Origin: Bacteroidota bacterium
GTDB taxonomy: Bacteria > Bacteroidota > Bacteroidia > UBA4408
Direction: 5' to 3'
DNA length: 64,000 nucleotides
NCBI GenBank assembly: GCA_040385525.1
Contig: JAZKHE010000004.1
Location: 256,787-320,786 of the forward strand
The position numbers and the translations under genes were made by a program. Below, one piece after another: positions 49,101 to 58,600 of this stretch (position 1 is the first letter of the stretch; each line of letters opens with the position of its first letter). Under the pieces are notes generated by a model. That model searched no databases, was not told where the DNA came from, and saw nothing but the letters and a program-made list of their open reading frames with translations.

Positions 49101-50800
49101 CTTCAATTCTTACTGGTCAACAATGGGAATCAGCAATAAATCTAGCTTCGAATAGACATTTAATGTTGTATATTTCAAACTATACACAATCAACAGATGG
49201 TTATGCAATTAGTTTAGGAGGTTCTGCTACATATACAGATACCGAAGGCCCAACTGTTAGTGGTATTACAACTCCAACCTGTGGTGATTCTACTTTAATA
49301 GTAAACTTTACCGAGCCTGTAATATGTGTAGAAATTGATCCCACAAATTTTATTTTAGAAGGTCCTGGAGGCCCTTATACTATAGCCCAAACATACATTA
49401 GTCCTAATTGTGGTGGCGCATCATTATACACAACTGTATCTAACTATACAATTAAATTTAATCCGCCTTTAACAACATCTGGTGTTTATACCTTTTCGTC
49501 AATTTCAGGAGTTCAAGCTGTACAAGACAAATGTGGCAATTCTAATTTAACAAATCCAAGTCAGCCATCATTATTTACAACATTTACAATTTCTTCATTA
49601 AGCGCTACTGCATCTGTTTTATCTAATGTAAATTGTGTTGGAGGCAATGATGGTTTAGCTACTGTAAATGTACCAACTAGTAACGCATCATATACTTATT
49701 TGTGGAACTCTATTCCTGCACAAACAACCCAAACAGCCAGTGGCTTGAGCGTAGGAACTTATTCAGTAACCGTAACATCGCCAAATGGCTGTTCATCAGT
49801 TGCTGCAACTGCAACAATAACACACCAAAACTTATTTACTTCTGCATCTGTTATAACTAATGCGGTTTGTTTTGGTAGCAATAACGGATCTGCGACGGCA
49901 GTTGTACCATCTAATACAATAACTTACACATATCTTTGGAGTACAACACCAGCGCAAAGTAATAAAGTAGCAACAGCTTTGGTAGCAGGAACCTACACAG
50001 TTACTATAACGCATCCCTCAGGTTGCGGAACAAGTATTTCTACTGTAACAATAACACAACCACCAGAAGTACCAAAGCCAGCAATACCAGTAAAAGAATT
50101 TGTTTATTGTAAAGATTTTGTGGCACCAATATTAGTAGCTACTTATACTGGTCCAGATGTAGGTCAAATAAGATGGTATACAACACGAGTTGGCGGTATT
50201 CCTTCATTTACAGCACCAACTCCTTCCACAAATACCCTAGGAAGAAAAACATATTATGTAAATCAAACAAAATTTGGTTGCCAAAGCCTCAGAGATTCAA
50301 TAATTGTTGATGTAATACCCAATGCAGATGCATCAATAACTTTAAATGAAAATACTGCAACAGCTAATGTAACAAATGCAACATACCAATGGATTACTTG
50401 TGATGGTAATATAATTAGTGGTGCTACTTCTCAGTCATTTCAACCACTTACTAATGGAAGCTATGCAGTTACTGTTACTCAAAATGCTTGCACAGATACA
50501 TCTGATTGTTTTCAAGTAACAACTGTTGGCTTAAGTGAAATAAATAAAAACCAAAATCTATATATCTATCCCAACCCTAATAATGGTGAGTTTAGTTTAG
50601 AACTTAATAATATAACAAAAGGGATTTATACTATACAAATAACTAATGCATTGCAGCAAATTATTTCGCACCAAAACATTATAGTTGAAGGACAAAATTT
50701 AAAACAAAATATAAACCTAAAGCAATCTAGTAAAGGTGTGTACTTTATTAAAATTAATGGAGAAAGATTTAATGAAATACGCAAAGTTATAGTTGAGTAA
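46169..50800 (+). CDS. Large SprB-repeat / Ig-like repeat surface adhesin, T9SS cargo
   Basis: 1543 aa. Signal peptide KSYAQ. Two homologous N-proximal modules are present (aa ~20-320 and ~725-1010). Three ~110-aa tandem repeats lie in between. C-proximal SprB-type repeats follow (NCVGGNDGLATVNV...YTYLWNS...). The T9SS CTD is KGVYFIKINGERFNEIRKVIVE. Confidence 0.7.
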   Translation: MKNIYLLLALFFFIGFKSYAQPGGATCAAALANRVVLPFSQSGLSNCGANNISSTNVTTCNASWDYQYLNGDDRMYVFIVPNYVSTISIDFTSSSQNVGLFLYQGCPNTATACTMASTGASGNRSLVSSVVPGQTYYLIVSSNPNATSPTYQCHSNYTLSITPVVNVTPTSQDCLGAINLCQSMGYYSFPSPMGGSTGSFPAELNTGSTCLLSSEVNSTWFKYVAQANTEFSFTITPDVPQDYDYVVIDITNSSCYDIYNSTSQLVDCNYSASNGAIGANGMLGFHPPVSVIANHTYMICANNYSDTPSQVNFDWSTAIPFGSSPTITSVVTPTQCSVNSIDVNFSKAVRCNSFDYTKFVVTDGTSTYTIDTSPGLNSCVPADLAITSKTLTFNTPLTLASTYTLYTYQNAFIDVCGTPNFSTSVLTFTVSGVADPILTSINSPIQCGENSIVVNFAKPIVCDQIDLSKFLLSDGTSTYTINTSAGLNACMPSDLLVTSKTLTFFSPLTDGIYTLYAYPNAFFDFCGNTNLSTNILTFSISSGAVPAVTSINTPIQCGANSFGINFVKPIVCDEIDLSKFLLSDGTSTYTINTSGALNSCTPSNLAITSKTITFNTNLTSLVTYTLQVFPGAIKDECGNGNSTTNILTFTLNPYIFIVNGNTNIYNGFSTSLTATGPGTFTWNNGYVGNTQNYSPAQTTTVSVTGINTGGCSYSVQKTISIIQNSAGNSACNTAENNQVTLPYFETNLNNCGSNVFSATNTFACGNADYLGGDDRLHVFTSSISGFVICSLTTVSTTTNIGLMLYEDCPTNGNCVANSYGNGGTRFLQGEVTAGQTYFLLVSTKPTPNCITSYTLSISEPGAPLLGTPKVDCIAATPVCSNYYYENIAPTNEGLPPFNNEINPNFSCLNTGERKGVWYSINTTSPGSFTFEIDPSNNSDDYDWALFDITNYSCSDIFNNSSLEISCNYSGASGNTGISSILTGQQWESAINLASNRHLMLYISNYTQSTDGYAISLGGSATYTDTEGPTVSGITTPTCGDSTLIVNFTEPVICVEIDPTNFILEGPGGPYTIAQTYISPNCGGASLYTTVSNYTIKFNPPLTTSGVYTFSSISGVQAVQDKCGNSNLTNPSQPSLFTTFTISSLSATASVLSNVNCVGGNDGLATVNVPTSNASYTYLWNSIPAQTTQTASGLSVGTYSVTVTSPNGCSSVAATATITHQNLFTSASVITNAVCFGSNNGSATAVVPSNTITYTYLWSTTPAQSNKVATALVAGTYTVTITHPSGCGTSISTVTITQPPEVPKPAIPVKEFVYCKDFVAPILVATYTGPDVGQIRWYTTRVGGIPSFTAPTPSTNTLGRKTYYVNQTKFGCQSLRDSIIVDVIPNADASITLNENTATANVTNATYQWITCDGNIISGATSQSFQPLTNGSYAVTVTQNACTDTSDCFQVTTVGLSEINKNQNLYIYPNPNNGEFSLELNNITKGIYTIQITNALQQIISHQNIIVEGQNLKQNINLKQSSKGVYFIKINGERFNEIRKVIVE
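47130..48120 (+). repeat. 3 x ~330-bp in-frame tandem DNA repeat inside the SprB-repeat adhesin gene
   Basis: Copies 2 and 3 share long identical runs, for example TTCAATAAA..CCTATTCAATGTGG and GATTTAAGTAAATTTTT.TTATCAGA.GGAACAAG.ACATA.ACAAT.AATACATCTG. These encode SINSPIQCG...SKFLLSDGTSTYTINTS. Confidence 0.8.
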
Positions 50801-50897
50801 GCAATTTTATTGTTTTTGAATTTTCAGTAAATTATTGATTTGTTTTGAAAAAAAACTTGAGTCCCTAAACCATCAACCAAAAACCGTCAACCAAAAA

Positions 50898-51320
50898 CTA
50901 ATCACAAGCGCAAGTATCTTTTTCTAAACCTAAATCTATTGCTGTAATAATTTTAGTTTCTAAATCGCAAAGACCGCAAATAATTCTAACGTTCTGCCCA
51001 TCTGCTGTTTTGCCTTCTAAAGCATATTTTTTACAAGGTTTTTCGTGTACCTCGCTTTTATCGTAGTTTACAGAGCCATTAATAAAAAGTTGTTTTATTT
51101 CTTGTTCAGTAATTCCTCTGCATTCCATTCGGCAAGCACCATGTTTTGTTAAAACAAATGCTCTGCTTTTAAGTTGATCTTTAATAGTTTGCTCTGGTGT
51201 TTTAAAGTACGATTTATCTTTAAAAACCATAAAATACATGGCTAAAGAACCTATCAATGCACCAAAAACAAAAAGACTTACACGCTTAACATTTTTCGTT
51301 TTTTTTTCTCCAATTATCAT
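50898..51320 (-). CDS. Membrane-anchored DUF4258-like hypothetical protein
   Basis: 140 aa. An N-terminal TM (VSLFVFGALIGSLAMYFMVF) is followed by HGACRMECRGITEQEIKQ, which resembles the DUF4258 H-A-x-x-R-M-x-x-R-G-I core. Confidence 0.35.
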   Translation of the reverse strand: MIIGEKKTKNVKRVSLFVFGALIGSLAMYFMVFKDKSYFKTPEQTIKDQLKSRAFVLTKHGACRMECRGITEQEIKQLFINGSVNYDKSEVHEKPCKKYALEGKTADGQNVRIICGLCDLETKIITAIDLGLEKDTCACD

Positions 51321-51323
51321 AAT

Positions 51324-52544
51324 CTAAATCACTGCCATTATTAAATCAATGTCTTTGTAAGGTAAATTAAATGTCTCACCTAAAAACTGATTAGTTAAAA
51401 TTCCGTTGTAAATATAAACGCCATGTCTAACGCCTTTGTCTTTGCGTAGCATCGATTCCATTCCGCCACGCTCTCCCATATCTAAAATTATTGGAGAAAG
51501 AACGTTGCTTAACGCTAAAGATGCAGTTCTTGAAACACGCGATGCAATATTAGGAACACAATAATGTGTTACACCATATTTGCGGAACGTTGGTTTAGTA
51601 TGGTTGGTAACTTGCGATGTTGCAAAACAACCACCTTGATCAATACTAATATCAATAATTACCGATCCAAATTTCATATCGCTTACCATTTCTTCAGAAA
51701 CTACACAAGGTGTTCTTCCTTCTGGAGCACGAATAGCACCAATAACAACATCGGCTGTAGTTAGCGCTTTTGCTAAAACGTGAGGCTGAATTACAGAAGT
51801 ATAAATTCTACTTCCAATATTACTTTGTAATCTTCTTAAGCGCGATAATTTATCATCAAATACTTTTACGTTGGCACCCAAACCTATTGCTGCTCTTGCT
51901 GCAAATTCGCCTGCAGTTCCAGCCCCAATAATTACAACTTCTGTGGGGGCAATTCCTGTTATACCTCCAAAAATACTACCTTGTCCGTTATTAATATTAC
52001 TTAAATTTTCTGCCGCAATTAAAACAGATGCAGTGCCCGCTATTTCGCTCATAGAACGAATTACAGGGTAAACACCTTCATCATCTCTAATAAAGTCGAA
52101 AGCAATTGCATTTACTTTTTTCTCCATCAACTTCTTCACATAATTTTCGGGCTGAATTGTAAATTGCAAAGCAGAAATTAATGTTTGCTTACGTTGCAAA
52201 AATTCAATTTCTTCTAACGAAGGTGGAGCAACTTTTAAAATAATATCTGCTTTATAAACTTCTTCCGTACTATAAGCTATTCTTGCACCAGCTTCGCTAT
52301 AATCTTTATCGTCGTAGTTGGCTTCTTTACCAGCATTGGTTTCAACAACAATTTGATGACCATTTGCAGTTAATAAAGCAACAGCATCAGGCACAAGAGC
52401 AATTCTGTGTTCTTGAAAAGATGTTTCTTTAGGAATTCCAATATATAAATCACCTTTTTTATGAGGAACCTCAAGCATTTCTTCTTGTGGCATTAATCCG
52501 CCTTGATGTTTCATCGAAAGCAAAATATCTTTAGAACCAAGCAT
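51324..52544 (-). CDS. ald: Alanine dehydrogenase (AlaDH/PNT family)
   Basis: 406 aa. The N-domain has GIPKETSFQEHRIALVP. The NAD-binding motif is VVIIGAGTAGEFAARAAIGLGANVKVFD. There are no C-terminal TM helices, so PntA is excluded. Confidence 0.7.
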   Translation of the reverse strand: MLGSKDILLSMKHQGGLMPQEEMLEVPHKKGDLYIGIPKETSFQEHRIALVPDAVALLTANGHQIVVETNAGKEANYDDKDYSEAGARIAYSTEEVYKADIILKVAPPSLEEIEFLQRKQTLISALQFTIQPENYVKKLMEKKVNAIAFDFIRDDEGVYPVIRSMSEIAGTASVLIAAENLSNINNGQGSIFGGITGIAPTEVVIIGAGTAGEFAARAAIGLGANVKVFDDKLSRLRRLQSNIGSRIYTSVIQPHVLAKALTTADVVIGAIRAPEGRTPCVVSEEMVSDMKFGSVIIDISIDQGGCFATSQVTNHTKPTFRKYGVTHYCVPNIASRVSRTASLALSNVLSPIILDMGERGGMESMLRKDKGVRHGVYIYNGILTNQFLGETFNLPYKDIDLIMAVI

Positions 52545-52640
52545 AGGTTATTTCAATAAGTTGTTCAAAGTTACGATTTATAAAAGTCTATTTCAATTAA
52601 TTAAAAATGTTTACTAATAGCAAATTGTTAGAAACAAGAA

Positions 52641-52661
52641 AGAGGCGGAAACTCCGCCTCT
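52641..52661. terminator. GC-rich hairpin between giant adhesin gene and ald (both minus strand)
   Basis: AGAGGCGG-aaact-CCGCCTCT, flanked by T-runs on both strands. Confidence 0.55.
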
Positions 52662-52685
52662 TTTTCACATTATTTTAGCAATTTA

Positions 52686-55600
52686 TTAGAAAGTAATTAC
52701 TCGTTTAGTTACTGTGTTATTAGCACCAGTTACTTTAACAAAGTAAACACCTTTTGGTTGTTTGCTTAAATCAATTTCATGATTTAACTCTAAACCATTG
52801 TTTACAATTTCAGTTTCGCTAATAACTTGACCAGCTAAACTTACTACACTCACTTTTACTTTAGTGCTTGTAACATCAGTTACTTTAACTATAGCAATGC
52901 CATGAGTTGGATTTGGATAAACCTCAACTTTAGTAGTGTTAGCTAATTCATCAATTCCTGTTGAAACAGAGTAAACTACAGTATAAGTTGCAGTTGAACC
53001 ATCTTGTGCAGTTACAACTATTGTAGCTGTGTTTGCAGGTGCTGAACCAGCAACATCTGTAGCTGATACATTAGATGAAACTGTTGATAAAGTTGTAGCT
53101 AAAGTTGGAGTTAAAACTCCAGTACCAGTAGACCCTGCTGGCAATGTTACTGTATAAGCAAATGTTCCAGCAGCAAAAGCAGGGCTTAAAGCACCTTGAC
53201 TAGACGTTAAGTTACTTAATGTAGCATCAGCATTACCAGCTGCAACTGAATAAGTTACAGTATAAGTCATAGTTGCACCATTTTCGGCAGTAACCACAAC
53301 TGTAGCTACGTTTGTACCTGCGGTACCAGCAACATTACTTGCATTTGTAACTGAAGTTAATGTAGCTAAAGCGTATGTTTTAATTGCAGTTACAGTTGCA
53401 CCACCAGTAGTTCCAAATGGTAAACTAACAGTATAAGCAGTTATTGACGAAACAAACGAAGGAGCTAACGTTCCAATACTTGTTGTTAAACTACTTAACG
53501 TAGCATCAGAACTAACTGAAGTAGCAACGCTGTAAGTTACAGTATAAGTAGAAGTACTTCCATTTTGCGCAGTTACAACTACTGTTGCAACATTTGCTCC
53601 AGCAGTACCAGCAACGTTAGTTGCAGGGGTATTTGATGTAACTGTAGCAAAAGCATCTGCTAAAGTCGGTGTTAAATTAGCAGCTCCTGATGAACTCATT
53701 GGTAATAAAACTGTATAGTTAAATGTACCACTAGTAAATGCAGGGTTTAATGAACCTTGACTTGAAGTTAAGTCAGCTAAACTTGAGTTTGTACTTGCTG
53801 GAGTAATGTTATAAACTACAGTATAAGTAGATGTAGTAATACCGTCTTGAGCAGTTACAACTATTGTAACCGTGTTTGCAGGAGCAGTTCCAGCTACATC
53901 CGAAGCGGGAGTTACAACAGCATTAGCACCAGCATTATTAGTAACAACTACCGCTGTTTCAGAACCAGTTGTACCAAATGGTAAAGTAACCGTGTAATTT
54001 GTAACAGACGATACAAATGTAGGACTTAACGTTCCGTTACTTGGTGTAATTGAATTTAATGTTGCATCGTTAGCTAGAGCAACAGCAACGTTAAACGTAA
54101 CTGTATAAGTAGCAGTTGTTGTACCATTTTGAGCAGTTACAATTACTGTAGCCACATTATTTGGTGCAGTAGTTACATCTGTTGCATTTGTATTAGATGT
54201 AACAGTAGCAGTTGCATCAGCTAATGTAGGAGTTACAGAGGCAGAGCCTGTAGTTCCTGATGGTAAAGTAACTGTGTAACTATTAGTACCTGAAGCAAAA
54301 GCAGGAGATAACACACCAGCACTTGGAACCAAGTTGCTTAAGTTAGCATTTGAACTTCCTGGATCAACACTGTAAGTTACAGTGTAAGTACTAGTTGCGC
54401 CACTTTGTGCAGTTACAACTACTGTTGCAACGTTTGCTCCAGCACTACCTGCTACGTTAGTTGCAGAAGTATTTGAAGAAACAGTTGAAAGTGTTGAAGA
54501 CAATGTAGGAGTTAAATTAGCTCCACCTGTTGTTCCAAATGGTAAACTAACGGTGTAATTTAATGTTCCGCTTGCAAATACTGGACTTAAAGTACCAACA
54601 CTTGTTGTTAAAGCACTTAAGCTAGAGTTTGTGTTAGCTGGAGTAACATTGTAAGTTACAGTATAAGTCATCGTTGTTATTCCATCTTGAGCTGTAACTA
54701 CAACGGTTGCAGTATTTGCTGGAGAAGTTCCTCCTACGTTAGTTGCACTTGTAATCATAGTTGTAGCAGAAGCGTTAGTAGTTGCAGGAACTAATGTAGC
54801 TCCACCTGTTGTACCAAATGGCAAAGTAACTGTATAGTTAGATGTACCAGAAGCAAAAGCAGGGTTTAAACTACCAGCACTTGATGATAAAGAGGCAAGC
54901 GTTGCATCATTATTAACTGCTGCTGCAACGTTAAATGTAACTGTATAAGTAGCAGTTGTTGTTCCATTTTGAGCAGTTACAATTACAGTAGCAACATTAT
55001 TTGGTGCTGTAGTAACATCTGTTGCGTTTGTGTTAGATGTTACAGTTGCTGTTGCATCTGCCAATGTTGGAGTTACAGAAGCTGAACCGGTTGTGCCTGA
55101 TGGTAAAGTTACTGTGTAGCTATGTGTACCTGAAGCAAAAGCAGGAGATAAAGAACCTGCACTTGGCACCAAATTACTTAAATCAGCATTAGAATTACCA
55201 GCAGCTACGTTATAAGTAACTGTGTAAGTACTTGTTGAACCATTTTGTGCAGTAACAATTACTGTAGCAACATTTGCACCTGCTGTTCCGGCAACGTTTG
55301 ATGCACCTGTATTAGAGCTAATAGTAGATAATGTAGTTGATCTAGTTGGTGTTACCGTTGCCCCTCCAGTTGAGCCAAATGGTAAGTTAACTGTGTAGTT
55401 TAATGTACCTGATGCAAAAACCGGAGAAAGTGTTCCAACGCTTGTTGTTAAAGCACTTAAGCTAGAGTTTGAGTTAGCTGGAGTAACATTATAAGTTACT
55501 GTATAAGTTGAAGTTGTAACTCCATCTTCAGCAGTTACAGCTACAGTCGCCTGGTTTGCAGGAGCTGTGCCTCCAACATTTGTTGCGCTAGTTATAATAG

Positions 55601-58600
55601 TTGTTGCTCCTGCATTAGCAGTTGTTGGCACTAAATTAGCACCACCAGTTGATCCAAATGGCAGAGTAACATTGTAATTAGTTGTAGTAGAAGCGAATGT
55701 TGGACTTAAACTGCCTACACTTGAAGTTAAATTACTTAATGAAGCATTGTTACTTAATGGTTCACCTATTCTAATATTGTCAATATCAAAATAATAATCG
55801 GTAACACCACCTGATTCAGCATAAAAACCTAACAATACATCTTGTCCAACATATGGAGCCAAATTGTACGATGCAGTTGTAAAACTTGTTGTTGGAGAAT
55901 GACTCACATCATCAAAAGTTCCTAAAATTGTAAAATTCTGACCACAATCTGTTGAAATACCTATCAAAGCATAATCTGTTGCAGTAAAAGTAGTTGCGTT
56001 ACTAGGGTAACCAGAATAGTTTACAAATCTATAATCAACTGTAAAAATAGTTGTAGAAGTTACAGCACCAACTTTAAACATTGTTGAAGAACCTCCACTT
56101 GGATTTGTGTTATACACATTTATATTATACCCTTTTGATCCACCTTTACCATGGTTATTTAATACTTCCCATGATGAACCTTCCCATGTTGGCGGAATTG
56201 TACTTGTTGCATACGATTCAAAATTCTCAGTATATGCCATTGCTACCGTTGGTAAAGTAGTTCTGTCATTTGAGTTAAAATTATTATTTCCTGTAAGTAC
56301 CTCAGTAGCAATAAATGCATTACCACTAAAAGTATAAGAACCAACAGCTGACATATTAACTGTACCAACTGTATATGTTCCAAAGGCACCTGGAGCCAAA
56401 GTTCCAGTATTTATTACACTAGTTAAAGTAGTTACAATTGTTCCTCCTACAGTAACTGTAAGTGTCATATTATTAGTTGCAAAATTAACAGAAGATGCAC
56501 CAACATTTTCAATAGATATTGATACACTTTCTGAAGCTGTAAAACATGCGTCTTCTATTGGTGTTACAACATCAACAGCTCTAATATCTAAAGCTGGAAT
56601 TACGTCTAAATTAAAAGCATCTACACCTAAACCATAAGATGCACCTGCACCAGCTGTAGTACCTTGAGTTATTAAATAAAAATTTGTTCCATTAGCGTAA
56701 GATGCAGGTACAGTTGCAGAATATAAATACCAACCATCAGCTCCTACCGTTGGCGCTGTAGTTGATAATCTAAATACTTCTAAAATTTGTAAGGCTCCTG
56801 TTAAACTTTTATTTGTATTAACATGCAAACGTATTCTGTCAGAAACATCACTCGATGCATCTCTATACACCCAAATATCAACCTTCATTGCAGCACCACC
56901 GCTTATATTAAAAGCTGGACTAAACAACAAAGCATCTGAGTTATTATACACTTTACTCATACATCCTGATCCTTCAGCAGTACCAGCAACTTCGCCAGAA
57001 GCGTTTATACCCCAGTTGGTAGTGCCCGATAATAGCTGTGTTGACCAACATGGATTTGGAGTATTAAAACCTTCAAAATAAGGTAAAGATGTTATTGCAT
57101 TACATTGTGTAGTAAATGTAGTTATAGCACTCCAAGTACTTTGTGTACCTCCACAATTTGCTCTTACTTTAAACGTATAAGCAGTGCTTGCATTTAACGA
57201 TGTTAAAGTTGCAACATTAGTTGTATAAGATGCAGTTGGAGTTCCTGTAAATGTATAAGGAATGCCACCGTATTCAATATCCCAAGCAGTTTCTGAACCA
57301 CCTTGTGTCCAAGTAATAACAGCCGTAGTAGGCGTTAGGTTAGTTACCATAATATTGCTTACTGGTGAGCAAGCTGGAGCTTCGCTAACTTCAAAATCAT
57401 CTATGTTAAAACCTCTTCCATAACCAGAAATACCTTCTAATGCAATGTAATATGATGCTGACGGGTTTGGTAAAGTAACATTATATTCAGTCCATGCTAA
57501 ATTTTCATTTGAGATTGATGTTCCAATTCTTGTCCAAGTTCCAGCAGGAGTTGTTTTATAGTAAATACCCAAACTATCTAAGTCACCTGTCCAATTTACG
57601 TTTGCATAATAGAACTTTAGTTTTGGTGTAGTTAATGATGTTAAATTTAATGGAGGTGTAATCAGTTTAGTTTTAGGACCAGATGAATTGGTTCTAAACT
57701 CTGCCATTCTTGAACCAGTTCTTGGAGATATGGATCCATCGCCATTAGCAGTTACAGAAGCCCAATTTATTGCTCCGCTAACATATTGTTGAGTCCAACA
57801 AGTTGGTAAAGAAACCGATTCAAAACCTTCTACAAAAGGAAAAGAACCAATTGAAGCACAAGGTGTTGTGAAATTAACCGTTGAACTCCATGCGCTTTGC
57901 GCTCCACCACAATTTGCTCTTACTTTAACTGAATAATTTGTATTACCCAATAAACCAGATAATGCAGCTGGATTAGCACTAAAAGAAGTGGTTGGTGTAC
58001 CTGTAAACGTATAAGGGGCAACACCGTACTCAACATCCCACATGGTTTCACCGCTACCATTTGTCCAACTTAAAGCTGCAGTTGATGCAGTAATGTTATA
58101 CGCAGCTAATGCTGAAATTGCAGCACAAGCAGGCGCGGCATAAGTATATTCATCCGCTCCAATATCACCTGGATTATTTCTTGCTTGACCATCAATATCA
58201 GTTGTTACCCAAGCTAAAGTTAATGTAGTAACTCCATCTAAACCAACAGAATTGCTGTGTAAATCTATAGGCGCATCAGCAAAAGCTGGTGCTATAGCAA
58301 CTGAGTTTAAATCGTTATCTGTTGGAGTTGTAATAGCTGTATTAAAAGCGGCTATTGTAGCTTGGCTTACAGTATTTGTTATAGCTACAAAACCATTAGT
58401 CGTATTTGCTATGTGGTAATTATTATAATTAACCTCAGATGAAGCTGCACCAAGTAAAGTTCCACTTGTTGTTCTAATTCCACAATGAACAGCAACACCA
58501 GCTTGCGCTCCTGTGCTATTTGAAAAAATATTGTTTCTAATATTGTTTGCAGGATTTGAACCACCTAACTCCAAACATACTGAACTTAAATTTGGAGAAC

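Noticed and set aside
52950-55770. Regular ~255-bp repeats that might superficially suggest a CRISPR-like or satellite array
   Set aside because: The repeats are in-frame and translate to cadherin-like domains of one continuous 2566-aa ORF. There is no short direct-repeat/spacer structure. The same applies to 47130-48120.
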